A stretch of DNA of 64,000 nt from Blastocystis sp. Blastoise (lineage: Eukaryota; Protista; Bigyra: Opalinata), in the NCBI GenBank assembly GCA_039096225.1, contig JBBPEB010000019.1, forward strand, positions 186,001 to 250,000. Reading direction: 5' to 3'. Each line of letters starts with the position of its first letter. The stretch's first letter is position 1. Shown here in pieces: positions 14,527 to 27,491 of this stretch. The notes below the pieces were generated by a model. That model ran no database searches and was not told the origin of the DNA. It worked only from the letters and a program-made list of their open reading frames with translations. The position numbers and the translations under genes are program-made.

Positions 14527-15705
14527 ATGGGATATCAAAAGAAGTTGATACTTGTATTCTTGACTGTTTTCATTGATGCTGCTGGGTTTTCATTCGTGTT
14601 ACCTATACTTCCAACATTGACAAGTTCATTAGGAGGTGGTTCTGTTGAAATGTCATTATTATCTAGTTGCTATGCGCTTACTCAAGCTCTGAGTATGATT
14701 TTTTTATTATTCTGAAAACAATTATTTTTATTTACTCTTTTTTAGGTGCATATATTATGGGAACTCTTTCAGATAAATATGGAAGACGTGCTTTCTTGTT
14801 ATTATCTTTATTCGGTTCTGTCTCAGGACCTTTACTTCAAGCTTTTTGTGGTAATATTCCTCTTTTGGTTTTGTGTCGTGCTTATACAGGTCTTCTTGGT
14901 GGAAGTCAAACTATTGGTCAAGCTTATATAGCTGATGTTGTACCTCATGATCAACGACCAAAGTTTATGGCTGAAATGGGAGCTTTCTTATCCTGTGCTT
15001 TTGTATTCGGACCTGCTATTGGTGGATTCCTTGGACAAATCAGCCTTCAAGCTCCATTGTAAGTTTTTGTGTGTCCATATTTTTTTTTTGTTATATATAT
15101 ATATAATTTTTTTTTCTGTAAATAAAAGGATAAATATATATTATCATATATATCCTATATAGTTTTGCTGCTGCTTTATTAGCTTTAGTTGTGTTTATCT
15201 TATCGATATTCTTCTTAAAAGAAACAAATCCCGTTATTTTAAAGAAAACCAACTTAAAACAACAGAAAAAAGTTTTATTACAAAGAACTGCCTTATGTAT
15301 ATATATACTATAATGTTAGGATTATATTTATATGGTTTATTATGTTTATTGTGTTTATTATTATTATTATGTTTATTATTATATTATTATTATATTATTA
15401 TATTTATTCTTATTAATATATATATATAGCTGAAGATGAGAGTCGTCTTGTGGATGATATTAATCAACAATTAAAAGAGATAGAAACAAATAGTATATAT
15501 ATATATATATATATATATTCTTATATTCATTCTAGGCCATAAGAAACAAGAAAAAGTGAAAATACCATGGAATACTTTTATTATATTCATGATTATTTCT
15601 CGTTTCCTCGCTGAAGGTCTTTGTATTCTCTATGATTCTACTTATGGTTTTTATGTCAAAGAAGTATTAAATGGTTCTTCTTTAGATTATAGGTATATAT
15701 ATATA

Positions 15706-15736
<31 letters not shown>

Positions 15737-16061
15737 GTTGGTTATTAATGGCAACAGGAATAGGTACTGGTATCAATCAACTCTTTATATTCCCGTGGTT
15801 ATCTCAAAAACTCAAGTTATCCTTAGGTATATACTATTATATAATAATACAATTAATCATATATAGTTGCTATTGGTATTATTGGTGCTGTTTTAACAAG
15901 TATATAGAATAAGATAAACTATATATATATATATATATTATATATAGTGATAGGTCAGATATTAATGTGTGTCATTCCCTACTTGTGGTTTGCCTATATA
16001 TCCGGTACAATGATGTTTATTGGCTATTCCATGATTATTCCCATCATCCCCTCTATTCTTA

Positions 16062-16099
<38 letters not shown>

Positions 16100-16713
16100 T
16101 GTTTACTATATATATATATATAAACTATTTACTATATATATAGGCTCAGACTCCATCAAGTGTTCATGGACAAGTTCTTTCTTTTGGTATATATTAATAT
16201 ATATATAATTAGTATACTAATAATAATGAATATATATATATTCATATATATGTTTCATAAATCTCTATATCTTATACTGTATATACTATGTTATTCCCGT
16301 GATTCTCTGTAGGTATGATGGCCGGTCAAATCGCTATGATTCTCGAACCCTTGTTAACCGGCTGGATCTATACCTTCAGTCCCGTAGGCAGTATTTGGGC
16401 AGGAGTTGCTAATGCTATATTATTGGTTATATTAATGATTACTCTATTTATGATGAAAGGAGGTCGTACATGTCATGTCTCTCTCTATCCTGATTTATCT
16501 GAAGAACAAAAGACATCTGTTGATGACAAAGAGCTCGTCACACCAATTCCTAAAGAAGATAAAGATATCGATAATCAGGATATACATATAGTTATACCTG
16601 TTATTTCTAGTGATATCGATCCTTCAGCAGCTACTGCTTCGCCTCTTAATAGTCCTCTGCCGACTGAAACCGTCTTAGAAGGCAGTCAGACACGGTCTTC
16701 TTCAGAATCATAA
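14527..16713 (+). CDS. MFS transporter, TetA/DHA1 (MFSD10/14-like) family, copy 1, multi-exon
   Basis: TVFIDAAGFSFVLPILP, motif A GTLSDKYGRR, RAYTGLLGG, QAYIAD, FVFGPAIGG. Confidence 0.9.
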
Positions 16714-17440
16714 AGAATCATATGCTATTTGTACTATACTGTTGATCATTATACAATATCTTTAAATAGCATTCCTATTTCTATGTTCTCTACATTATCA
16801 TATTCTTATATATACAATAGTCTATACTTTATTTCTTATTTACACTTATACATTATAATCATTTTTTTTCATTTTACCAATATTTTTCAATTTTTAAAAA
16901 GAATCATATATTCTTTTTCTTTCTGTTTTACTATTTTTATGAATAGTATCTCCAGTTTTCTTTTTCTTTTTTTTTGTCATAATGTGTTTCTATTTATTTA
17001 TAGATATTTATCTATATCCTTGTTTTGTTTGGGAAAAAAAATAGTCATTGTTTATATATATACATATTTAATATCATTATAAGTCATTTATGTTTTTAAC
17101 CAAATTGACTGGATAAAAAAAATTATATAATAAATTAAAATAGTCAAAAATGTATTCTTATGATTTCTATAATAGAGTCGCTCAATACATACAAATTTTA
17201 TTGGTTTAAATCTATGCTAAAGAGAAAATTTTAACTTAGGGATATTACAAAAGGGTTGGGGTTAGATTATTAACTTAGGAATAAGTAATAAACTGAGATT
17301 TATTCAAATTAAAAATAACTACTGGATATTTTATTATTTAAAATAAAATCCATTGAAAAGTATTATTACGAATATATATTTATACAGTTATATTTTTATA
17401 ATAATAACTATGTTATTTTATATTATTTTAGAAGTAATAT

Positions 17441-18102
17441 ATGGTTTTTCCTAAAGGATTATTACTTGTTCATTTAAGTGTTTTTGCAGACAGCTTTGGC
17501 TATGCATTTATTATGCCTATTATTCCATTTTTTGCTACTAAGCTTGGTGGAACAGCATTTGAACTTGGATTAACCGTTGGTAGTTATGCATTATTTCAAG
17601 CATTAAGTATGTTATCTTCTTAAGACAATCGTGTAACTATCAAAGGTAATGTTATTATGGGCACTTTGTCAGATATTTATGGAAGACGTATCATGCTTTT
17701 GTTATCCTTATTTGGTTCGTTTTCAGGTATCTACATGTGCTATAAATAGATGATTATCTCTATATAGGTCCATTATTTCAATCGTTTTCATGGTGTATGT
17801 GGGCATTTATTGTATTTAGAGGATATACGGGGTTGTTAGGAGGAAGTCAGACGATAGGTCAAGCTTATATTGCTGATGTTACTAGCATTGAAGATCGACC
17901 TAAGTATATGAGTCAACAAGCTGCTGTAATATCTTCTGCTTTTGTGTTTGGTCCTGCTATTGGTGGATTCTTATCTAATTATTTATTAGAAAGTCCCTTG
18001 TATGTTTAACTATTGTTTAATTATTGTTTAATTATTGTTTAATTATTGTTTAATTATTGTTTAATTATTGTTTAATTATTGTTGAATTATTTCTTTTATT
18101 TA

Positions 18103-18139
<37 letters not shown>

Positions 18140-18784
18140 GGTTAGCTAGTGTTTGTGCGTTAGTAGTATTTGTGATCTCTATTTTCTCTCTTAAAGAAAC
18201 GAATCAAAAGATAATAAAGAAGAATGAATTACAAAAACAAAAAAAGGATATTTTAAAAAAGAAAAGATTAAGTATGAAAATATTATGATATATATATTAT
18301 TATTTGTTATATAAAGATGAAGAAGACCATCAGAAAATTAACAAAATTGATAAAACAATTCAAAAGTTAATGGAAAAACGTATATGGATAATATTATTAT
18401 ATAAATTATAGGAATAATTTTTTATTATATATAGCAACAAAGAAGTCAGAAAGTGAAAAGATTCATTGGAATGCTAGAATGGTATATATATATATATATA
18501 TATATTAATTATTATTATAATATTATATATATATATATATTTGTTAATTATGTTTTTTTTTTTAATACAAGTAGTTATCTGTTATATATATATATATAGG
18601 TGATTATGGTTATAGCAAAGTTCTTTACTGATGCCATTACTATGATGTTAGATTCAATGTATATATATATATATATATATATATAGTTCATCTTTCTATT
18701 TCATATTATTATTATTATTGATATATATATAGGATGGGATTATATATGATAGATAATTTTGGGGCAACTGCATTAGATATTAGG

Positions 18785-18867
<83 letters not shown>

Positions 18868-19959
18868 GTGTTCAATGTATGACAGGCATTCTTATGTTAT
18901 TAATTCAAATCTTTGTCGTTCCTCCTCTTGTTAAATACTTATCTTTACGTATAAATATATATATAATATTATTTTATTTATTTTTTATAAATATTACTGA
19001 TTATGTAATATTATAGTACATAATATAATATATTTATGTATAGGTTATTTAACCATAATTGCTGCTTTTATCACTTGTATGTTTATATATATATATATAT
19101 TCATTATATAGTAATAGGAACAACATACATGGCTTATTCGTATGATCTTCTGTCTTCTTATTTAAGTGTTGCTATCATGTTTACTGGATACAGTCTTATT
19201 TATCCTCTTATTCCCACGGTTTTATCAGTATATAATTTTATTGATGATAATCATTATTATTATATATATATAGACTGAAGCACCTAAAGAATCTCAAGGA
19301 ACTGTATTATCTATAGGTATATATACATATATATATAATAAAATATATAGTACTATTATCTCATATATATATGTTATTTCTATAGGTACGTTATCAGGTC
19401 AAATAGCTCAAATATGTATCCCTTCTCTTGCTGGATTGATATATGAATATTCTCATTTTTGGAGTATGATGTGCGGTACTATATGTGGTATATATATATA
19501 TATATATATATAAAATAAATCAATGCTATACTTACTTTATTTTAGCTGGTTGCTTAGTTATTTTGATGATATTATTAAATATATTGTGGGGAGTTTCCAA
19601 TGTGGAAAAGTATTATAAAGAAGACGAAAAAGAAAAAGATATAGAAGAAAAAAGTATATATATATATATATTAATATATATATTCTATTTATATTATATG
19701 TATAGAAGATAAACGTAATTTACAGAATAAAGAAGAGGATAGTAAAATAAAAAGTATATATATATAGTTCATGTTAAATCTATATTATATATTCTATATA
19801 TATATAGAGGATGATATTCATATAGGGAATAAAGAGAAAGAAAGTATTTCTGAGTCTTCATCTGTGTCTACTGTTCCTTCTTCTGCTATTATTGTTACTC
19901 CTTTAGAAACACAGACTGTTTCTTCTTCTAATACTATACCAATCATTAATAATTGTTAA
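17441..19959 (+). CDS. MFS transporter, TetA/DHA1 family, copy 2, multi-exon
   Basis: MVFPKGLLLVHLSVFADSFGYAFIMPIIP, GTLSDIYGRR, QAYIAD, FVFGPAIGG. Confidence 0.88.
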
Positions 19960-20885
19960 ATATATTTATGAATACTTATTATTTATATATCATTACTTTT
20001 TAAAAATATATATGAATACATGTATCTATCTTTTTAAATGAAGATTGTTTCTTCACATAAATTACGGCTTTATTCCTTTTTAGAAAACGTGTTTTGTATT
20101 ACTTTATTATTATTTTAGAAACATATTTTTTTAAACAATAATCATATTGAAAAACCTTTTTTATTATTCATATACAATTGCGTATACAATTATATGTACT
20201 TGTATTCCACAATACCATATATTATTTATCAAAATATATAATGGCAAAAACAACTTTTATAAAAAAAAATCTAATTTTTTTCTATTAATTGAACACTTTA
20301 TTACTCATTATATTCCATGCATGTTCCTATATTAATTTGTCATTGACTTTCAATGAAGTAATGTCAACAACAATGCAAAAGAAGAAAACAATGCAAGAAT
20401 TAATTAAAATGGCACTTACAACACTCTTTTTAATGTTTAATAATCATATTCAAATATCTATGATAAATCTATTACAATATATATTTATTATATATATTAT
20501 ATATATTATATAGCCAAAGATGTATAAAAAGAAGAATACATAAAAGAACATTATTCATAATGATTCATTCACCATAATGCATTTTTAATATCTATAAAAA
20601 GCAACTGAGGAGAGAACACAATAAAAAGCAACGGATAAAACAGCTGAATGACCCTTATTGACGAATCATTTCAAAGTAATGATATTCAGTGAATTCAGCT
20701 TGTTGTTTCATCAGTTCTTTTTCGATAATTCATTTTCATAATTACATTATAATTCGGTTTTTCCTTAGAAAGTAAATCATTTATTCTTTTCTTCTATTCT
20801 AAATCTATTTTCTTAATATATTGTCTACTATAGGCTATATTTTTAATTAAAATATTTTTATAAATTTCCTTTTTTTAAAATTAAA

Positions 20886-21893
20886 ATGGCTTTCCCTAAA
20901 GGATTATTACTTGTACATCTTACTGTATTCATCGATTGCTTTGGATATGCGTTTATTATGCCTATTATTCCGTTCTTTGCAGACAAATTAGGTGGTACTT
21001 CGTTTGAACTTGGATTAACAATCAGTAGTTATGCATTATTTCAAGCATTAAGTATGATCTATTATGTTTCAATTCTTTTATCAACTTAATTATTTATCAA
21101 ATTTCTAGGTGTTGTCGTTATGGGCTCTTTATCTGATATTTATGGACGAAGACTCCTTTTATTACTGTCTTTGTTTGGTTCATTCACAGGTATATTAACT
21201 TAAGTAATTTTTTTACTAATTATCTCTATATAGGTCCTTTGTTGCAATCATTTTCATGGTGTATGTGGGCATTTATTGTATTTAGAGGATATACGGGGTT
21301 GTTAGGAGGAAGTCAAACTATAGGTCAAGCTTATATTGCTGATGTTACTAGTACTGAAGATCGATCGAAATATATGGCTCAACAAGGAGCTATTATTTCT
21401 AGTGCTTTTGTGTTTGGTCCCGCTATTGGTGGATTCTTATCTAATTATTTATTAGAAAGTCCCTTGTATGTTTAACTATTGTTTAATTATTGTTTAATTA
21501 TTGTTTAATTATTGTTTTTATACAATTATATATATAGTTGGTTAGCTAGTGCTTGTGCTTTCATTGTGTTTATTATCGCTATTTTTGGTTTACAGGAAAC
21601 TAATAAAAAGATAATAAAGAAGAATGAATTAGAAAAAGAAAGAAAAACGTTATTGAAAAAGACTGCTTTATGTATATGATTTATTTATTATTATTATTAT
21701 ATTATAATTATTCATATATAGCCAACGAAGAAAGCATGAGAGTTGATGAAATTAAAAATGAAATCCATAAATTAATGGAAAAACGTATATAAATATATAT
21801 TGTTATTAGTATATATATATCATATAGCTAAAGTAAAAGCTGAAAGTGAAAAGATTCATTGGAATGCTAGAATGGTATCTATATATTATTATA

Positions 21894-21962
<69 letters not shown>

Positions 21963-22241
21963 GGTTATCATGGTATTAGCTCGTTTTTTCAATGAAGCAG
22001 TTGCTATTATTTTTGATTCTATGTATATATATGTAATATAGCTTTATATATATATATAGGATTGGATTATATATGAAAGATAATTTTGGTGCTACTTCTT
22101 TAGATATTAGGTATATATATATTTGATATTATTATTATTATTATATAGTGGTGTTCAATGTATGACAGGTATAGTTACCTTATTAATTCAAATGTTTATT
22201 GTTCCTCCTCTTGTTAAGTGCCTATCGTTACGTATATATAT

Positions 22242-22287
<46 letters not shown>

Positions 22288-22748
22288 TTAGAAAGAACTG
22301 CCGTTATTGCTTCTATTATTACCAGTATATATATTATAATATTCATAACCATTATATCATTTTTATTATATATAGCTTGTGGAGCTATATATATGGCTTA
22401 TTCTTATGATCTTCTATCTACATATTTAAGTGTTGGCCTTATGTTCTCGGGATATAGTCTACTTTTCCCTCTTATTCCCACGGTTTTATCAGTATATAAT
22501 TTTATTGATGATAATAATTATTATTATATAATATATATAGACTGAAGCACCTAAGAATTCTCAAGGAACTGTATTATCTATAGGTATATATATATATATA
22601 TATATAATTCTTTAATAATGAAATCATATATATATAGGTATTATGGCTGGCCAAGTAGCTATGGTTATTGTTCCTTCACTTGCTGGTGTTATCTATGAAT
22701 ATTCACCTTTCTGGAGTATATTATCAGGAGGGGTCAGTGGTATATATA

Positions 22749-22836
<88 letters not shown>

Positions 22837-23200
22837 GGTTGTTGCTTAGTTATTTTGATGATATTATTAAATATATTATGGGGAGTTTCCAATGTTGAAA
22901 AGTATTATAAAGAAGAAGAGAAAGAAAAAGATATTGAAGAAAATAGTATATATATTAATATACATATTATATACCTTTTACATATATAATTATTCAATTT
23001 TTATTTATTACTATATAGATAAAGAAGAAGATAATAAGAAAGAAGAAGATAATAATCAGGATAAAGAAAAAGTAAACATTATTGTTCCTGATACTACATC
23101 AAGTAATGGTAATAATAATTCTCCTTCACTTCCTGTCCCTGATACAGCTATATCTACTAATAATAATCAATCTATAACTACTTCTGTTTCATCAATTTAA
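20886..23200 (+). CDS. MFS transporter, TetA/DHA1 family, copy 3, multi-exon
   Basis: MAFPKGLLLVHLTVFIDCFG, GSLSDIYGRR. Several segments are near-identical to copy 2. Confidence 0.88.
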
Positions 23201-23909
23201 GCTATCTTTTATTCTATGTTTTTTACCATATATAATTACTATATGTTTTCATATATGTAATATATATATATATATATATATTTGAATTTTCTTTTGTTGT
23301 TTTTTTGTTAGTTATTTTTATAACTATTTTTATTCTTGTTTGTTCTATTTTTACTTTTTTGATTATTCAAGTTTACTTTTTTTTAAAGAGCTTGTGTATC
23401 ATATACATATAAACGACTATAAATTAATAAAAGAACATTTTTTCACTCTATGGAATGGCAATCATTCCACTTTCTCCTTTGAATAATCCACAGTATTTTC
23501 CATTATATCACATAGATCACAATAAGTAATAAATTACTTCCGTTTTAATAAAACTCCTTTGCTTATTGTTAAAATAAATAAAAAAAGCAAATGAAATATC
23601 AATAACACAAACACATGATATTTTCCTAAATGAGATAAAACATAAATAAATCAGTTTCAAAAATCAATACCTAAATAAACTAGAAGTCTTATTTCTGATT
23701 ATTTTCATTATTCAAGTCATTCTTCGCAATAATTCTGGAATAAAAGTTTATTCTTGTTTGAGATTAAAATCAAGCCCTAAAATGCGTCATTATTTAAAAA
23801 ATGACTACTTAAAATAACATTTCGATCTTTATTTTTCACATAATTTTATATTTTATAAGATTATAAAATAGAATATCTAGTTTATAAACATAAAAATCGA
23901 TCAAACAAA

Positions 23910-24509
23910 ATGTCTACTGAAAAAGAAAAGATGTTAAGAGGTGAACCTTATGATTCTACTGATCCTCAATTAGTAGCTGAACGTATTCATATTCGTAAAT
24001 TAGTGAAGGAGTTTAATAATCTTGATCCTGAAGATACTGAAACTTATCAAAAATTATTTAAGGAAATGATTCCTAATCAAGGTGAAAAATGCTTTGTTGA
24101 ACCTCCTGTAAATTATGATTATGGTTCAAATATTACTATGGGTGAAGGAGTCTATATGAATTTCAATTCAATCATTTTAGATGTATCTCCAGTACATATT
24201 GGTGATCATTGTTTATTTGGACCTCGTTGTAGTATTTATACTGCTACACATCCTATAGATGCTGAAGAGAGAAAGCTCTATGAGTATTCTAAGGCTATTA
24301 CGATCGGTAATGATTGTTTTATTGGAGGTTCAACTACAATTTGTCCTGGTGTTACAATTGGAGATCGTGTAGTTATTGGTGCTGGTAGTGTTGTCTGTAA
24401 AGATATTCCTAGTGATTGTGTAGCTGCTGGTAATCCTTGTAAAGTTATTAAAACTCTTCCTAAACCTGAAAAGAAGGAAGGAGAAACTGCTAAACCTTTT
24501 TGGGCATAA
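23910..24509 (+). CDS. maa: Maltose/galactoside O-acetyltransferase (Maa/LacA family, hexapeptide repeat), intronless
   Basis: TEKEKMLRGEPY, EPPVNYDYGSNI, IYTATHP, ITIGNDCFIGG, PGVTIG, VIGAGSVVCKDIP, AAGNPCKVIK. Confidence 0.93.
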   Translation: MSTEKEKMLRGEPYDSTDPQLVAERIHIRKLVKEFNNLDPEDTETYQKLFKEMIPNQGEKCFVEPPVNYDYGSNITMGEGVYMNFNSIILDVSPVHIGDHCLFGPRCSIYTATHPIDAEERKLYEYSKAITIGNDCFIGGSTTICPGVTIGDRVVIGAGSVVCKDIPSDCVAAGNPCKVIKTLPKPEKKEGETAKPFWA

Positions 24510-24895
24510 TTCTGTGATATTTTAAAAAAGTTTTTATTGTTTTAAAAAAAATATGTTTTTCATATTCTAGTTGCATCATTCTTCTTTTTTTTTGATTTCT
24601 TTATATATATATTTTTTTTTCTAAGAATGTTAATAAATTAAATATAAAATTGTTGTTTTAAATAAAGGTTTTCAAAAATTTATTTTTATTTCTTTTTCTT
24701 TATATATTTTTCTAAGAATATTAATAAATTAAACACAAAATAGTTGTTTTGAATAAAGATTTCTAAAAAAATATTGATTAACAAATATATATTTATATAA
24801 TGATGACTACTAATGTGGTTAATAAGAAGACACAAATGACAATTTGAAAAATGGAAAAGAATGTAAATGAATGTATATAGTTATATTCATAATAA

Positions 24896-25289
24896 CTAGA
24901 TTTGTAAAAAGCCCATAATAACAGAATCAGGTTCAATTTTATAATCTTTCAATTCTTTAGTTACTTTCATTTCTTGACCCATATAAATTAATCGTAATTG
25001 TTCAAGAGTAAAATCTTGTTTTATTTTCTATATAAATTATATATTATTATTAACATATAAATATATGATAGATTCATTAATAATAATAATAGATTATATA
25101 TATATATATATACATCATGAATTTGTTCTTTAATAACAGTTTTCATTTTCTCAACTGAATCCTTAGGAATTAATCGAATACTAATAGGCATCTCCTCATC
25201 CATTCTAGCCTATATAGAATAATATATAGACATAAGGAATATTTTATCAATATTCTAATATATATATATATAGTTGTAACATAATAAAG

Positions 25290-25346
<57 letters not shown>

Positions 25347-26021
25347 TACACATTGAACTCTCACTTTAAATTCATGTTCTTCATTTGTTTTAACTTCACC
25401 TTTATTAATAAGAAATATTAATAATAAATATAATAATAATAAATAGAATAATAATAAAACATAATTATGAATATACTTTGTCTTTCATATTTAGCTTCTA
25501 ATAAGTTAGAGGGAGTTGAATAACAATACTTTTCTATTCTATATTTAAAATCACTAGTATCAATACATAATGATAAATCACCATTTGGTATTTGTAAACT
25601 AAGTTCATCAAACAAACTATTAGCTTCGGCATATTTATCTTTATATATCATTTATTTTAGAGAATTTTAGACTTTTTATAATTATATATATATACTATTA
25701 CAAATATCAATAAATATAAAAAGAATATATATTAGAATGAAATATAGTTAACTTACTTTGTAACATTAATTCACAAACTTGTTTTAAAGATGCCCATTTA
25801 TCTAAATCTCCTTCAACACGATTATCCCAGAATTCCTTTAGGTAATAAAAAATATCAAATAAACTGATCAAGAGGATAATATAATGAATTCAATATACTT
25901 TTCTCATTTGTTGCAAATCATTTTCATTCAAACCTTTACTTCCTGAAGGGTATTCAATTGACCAAGGTTTCTCTCTTCTTAAAGATGAACTCCCTTCTGG
26001 TAAACTAGCAGTACAACCCAT
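24896..26021 (-). CDS. Ubiquitin-domain-containing protein (UBTD1/2, DC-UbP-like), multi-exon
   Basis: MGCTAS N-terminus (myristoylation/palmitoylation), MRKEFWDNRVEGDLDKWASLK, PNGDLSLCIDTSDFKYRIEKYCYSTPSNL, C-terminal Ubl segment QLRLIYMGQEM...LKDYKI. Confidence 0.85.
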
Positions 26022-26831
26022 TCTTTTAAATATATATAAATTGAATATGTAATTCGATAGAAGACAGTAACAGAAGAACTAATTATTTCTCTAATTAAAG
26101 AAATATATAACTAGATAGCCGAGTTTATGTCTCAATTAAAAATTGTTTTACATCACAAATATAGAAATTTCTCTTTTCGACCGAATTCTTTATTTTTAAT
26201 CACGATTATATGTTACACTAAAGACTGCACACATTTAAAAGGATATATTTATTTTGTTTTTATCCTTTTTATCCAATAAATTATAGGATATATTATATAG
26301 AAATTTATTCAGTTTATTTTAAATAGAGAACTAGTTTAGAATTATGGAATTATAGAAGATTTCACTGTAACTTACATTAATTTCAAAACTAAATCACCTT
26401 AAATAATTTTATTTTATAATTGGATATGACCGAATAAAGTTATTAATACATAGAAATCTTATGATATTTCTATTTATATTACTTTTTATAGAAAGTAAGA
26501 AAAACGAATAATCGAAAGAAGCAAAAATCAAAATACAATTCTAAGAGAAATTCTAGTGTTTCTCCTGATTTCTATTCGAAGTATCTGGATTCATTAAGAA
26601 ATTCGTTTAGAAATCGGGTGATTGTTCTTAGAACTATTCTCACATTTTCTGTTTTTATTCTTTTTTGATTCTTAGAATAGTGCAAGTATATAAAAGGGGA
26701 AATGACCAATAGATTTTTGTATATTTATCAACCCAAATTAAATTTACACTTGCTCTTGATTCTCCTTTATTGTTCTTTTTTTCTCACATAATTTATTTCT
26801 TATCTATTCTATCTGTTTTTCATTTATTTCA

Positions 26832-27262
26832 ATGGATTTCACTGTCAAATATATCTCCGGTTGTAGTTTTGATAATACTCTCGAAAAAATCAAAACTCAA
26901 ACCACTAAAAAGTTTCCTCAATTAGAAGGCTCTATTGAATTCTTAGTATGTTTTTTATGTTTTTATTAATTCATAAAACTTATAATAAACAGGCTACAGG
27001 AGAAGTCGGCTTCGTTCAAGCTTTTCATAAAGGTCTTCTAATTTACTCTAAGAAACTTTCTATGAGTGATACATCATTTGATGTATATATATATATTTTT
27101 TTTATTTATTCATTTTTATTGTTTTGTTTTGTCATTAAATATATATATTTATTTATTTATTTTTAATTTTGTTATTATATATATATATATTCGACTTATA
27201 TTCCATTTATTTAGGGTCTCTTTAAGGCTATTGAAGAAGCCCTTTCTGAAGATGAAGAATAA
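26832..27262 (+). CDS. Rdx/SelW-family thioredoxin-like small protein, Cys form (IxxC), 3 exons
   Basis: Spliced product MDFTVKYISGCSFDNTLEKIKTQTTKKFPQLEGSIEFLATGEVGFVQAFHKGLLIYSKKLSMSDTSFDGLFKAIEEALSEDEE matches the SelW pattern (V.YCxxU...FP...G.F.V...G.LIHSKK...AI..AL). Confidence 0.7.
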
Positions 27263-27491
27263 TATATTTTTATTCTTTTCTTATCCTATAAATTGTTCAA
27301 TCGTTGCTAAATGCTTATGTATTCATTATATATTACAGCTATATCAAACTAGTTTCTGTCATTTTATTTTTTTATTATTCAAAAACTTCAATTTTCTTTC
27401 TATTTATTACAAATAAATTTGCTTTTGTTGTTTTAGATATTATGTATATCATTTTAAATATAAACTACACTATATATATATAACAAATTTA

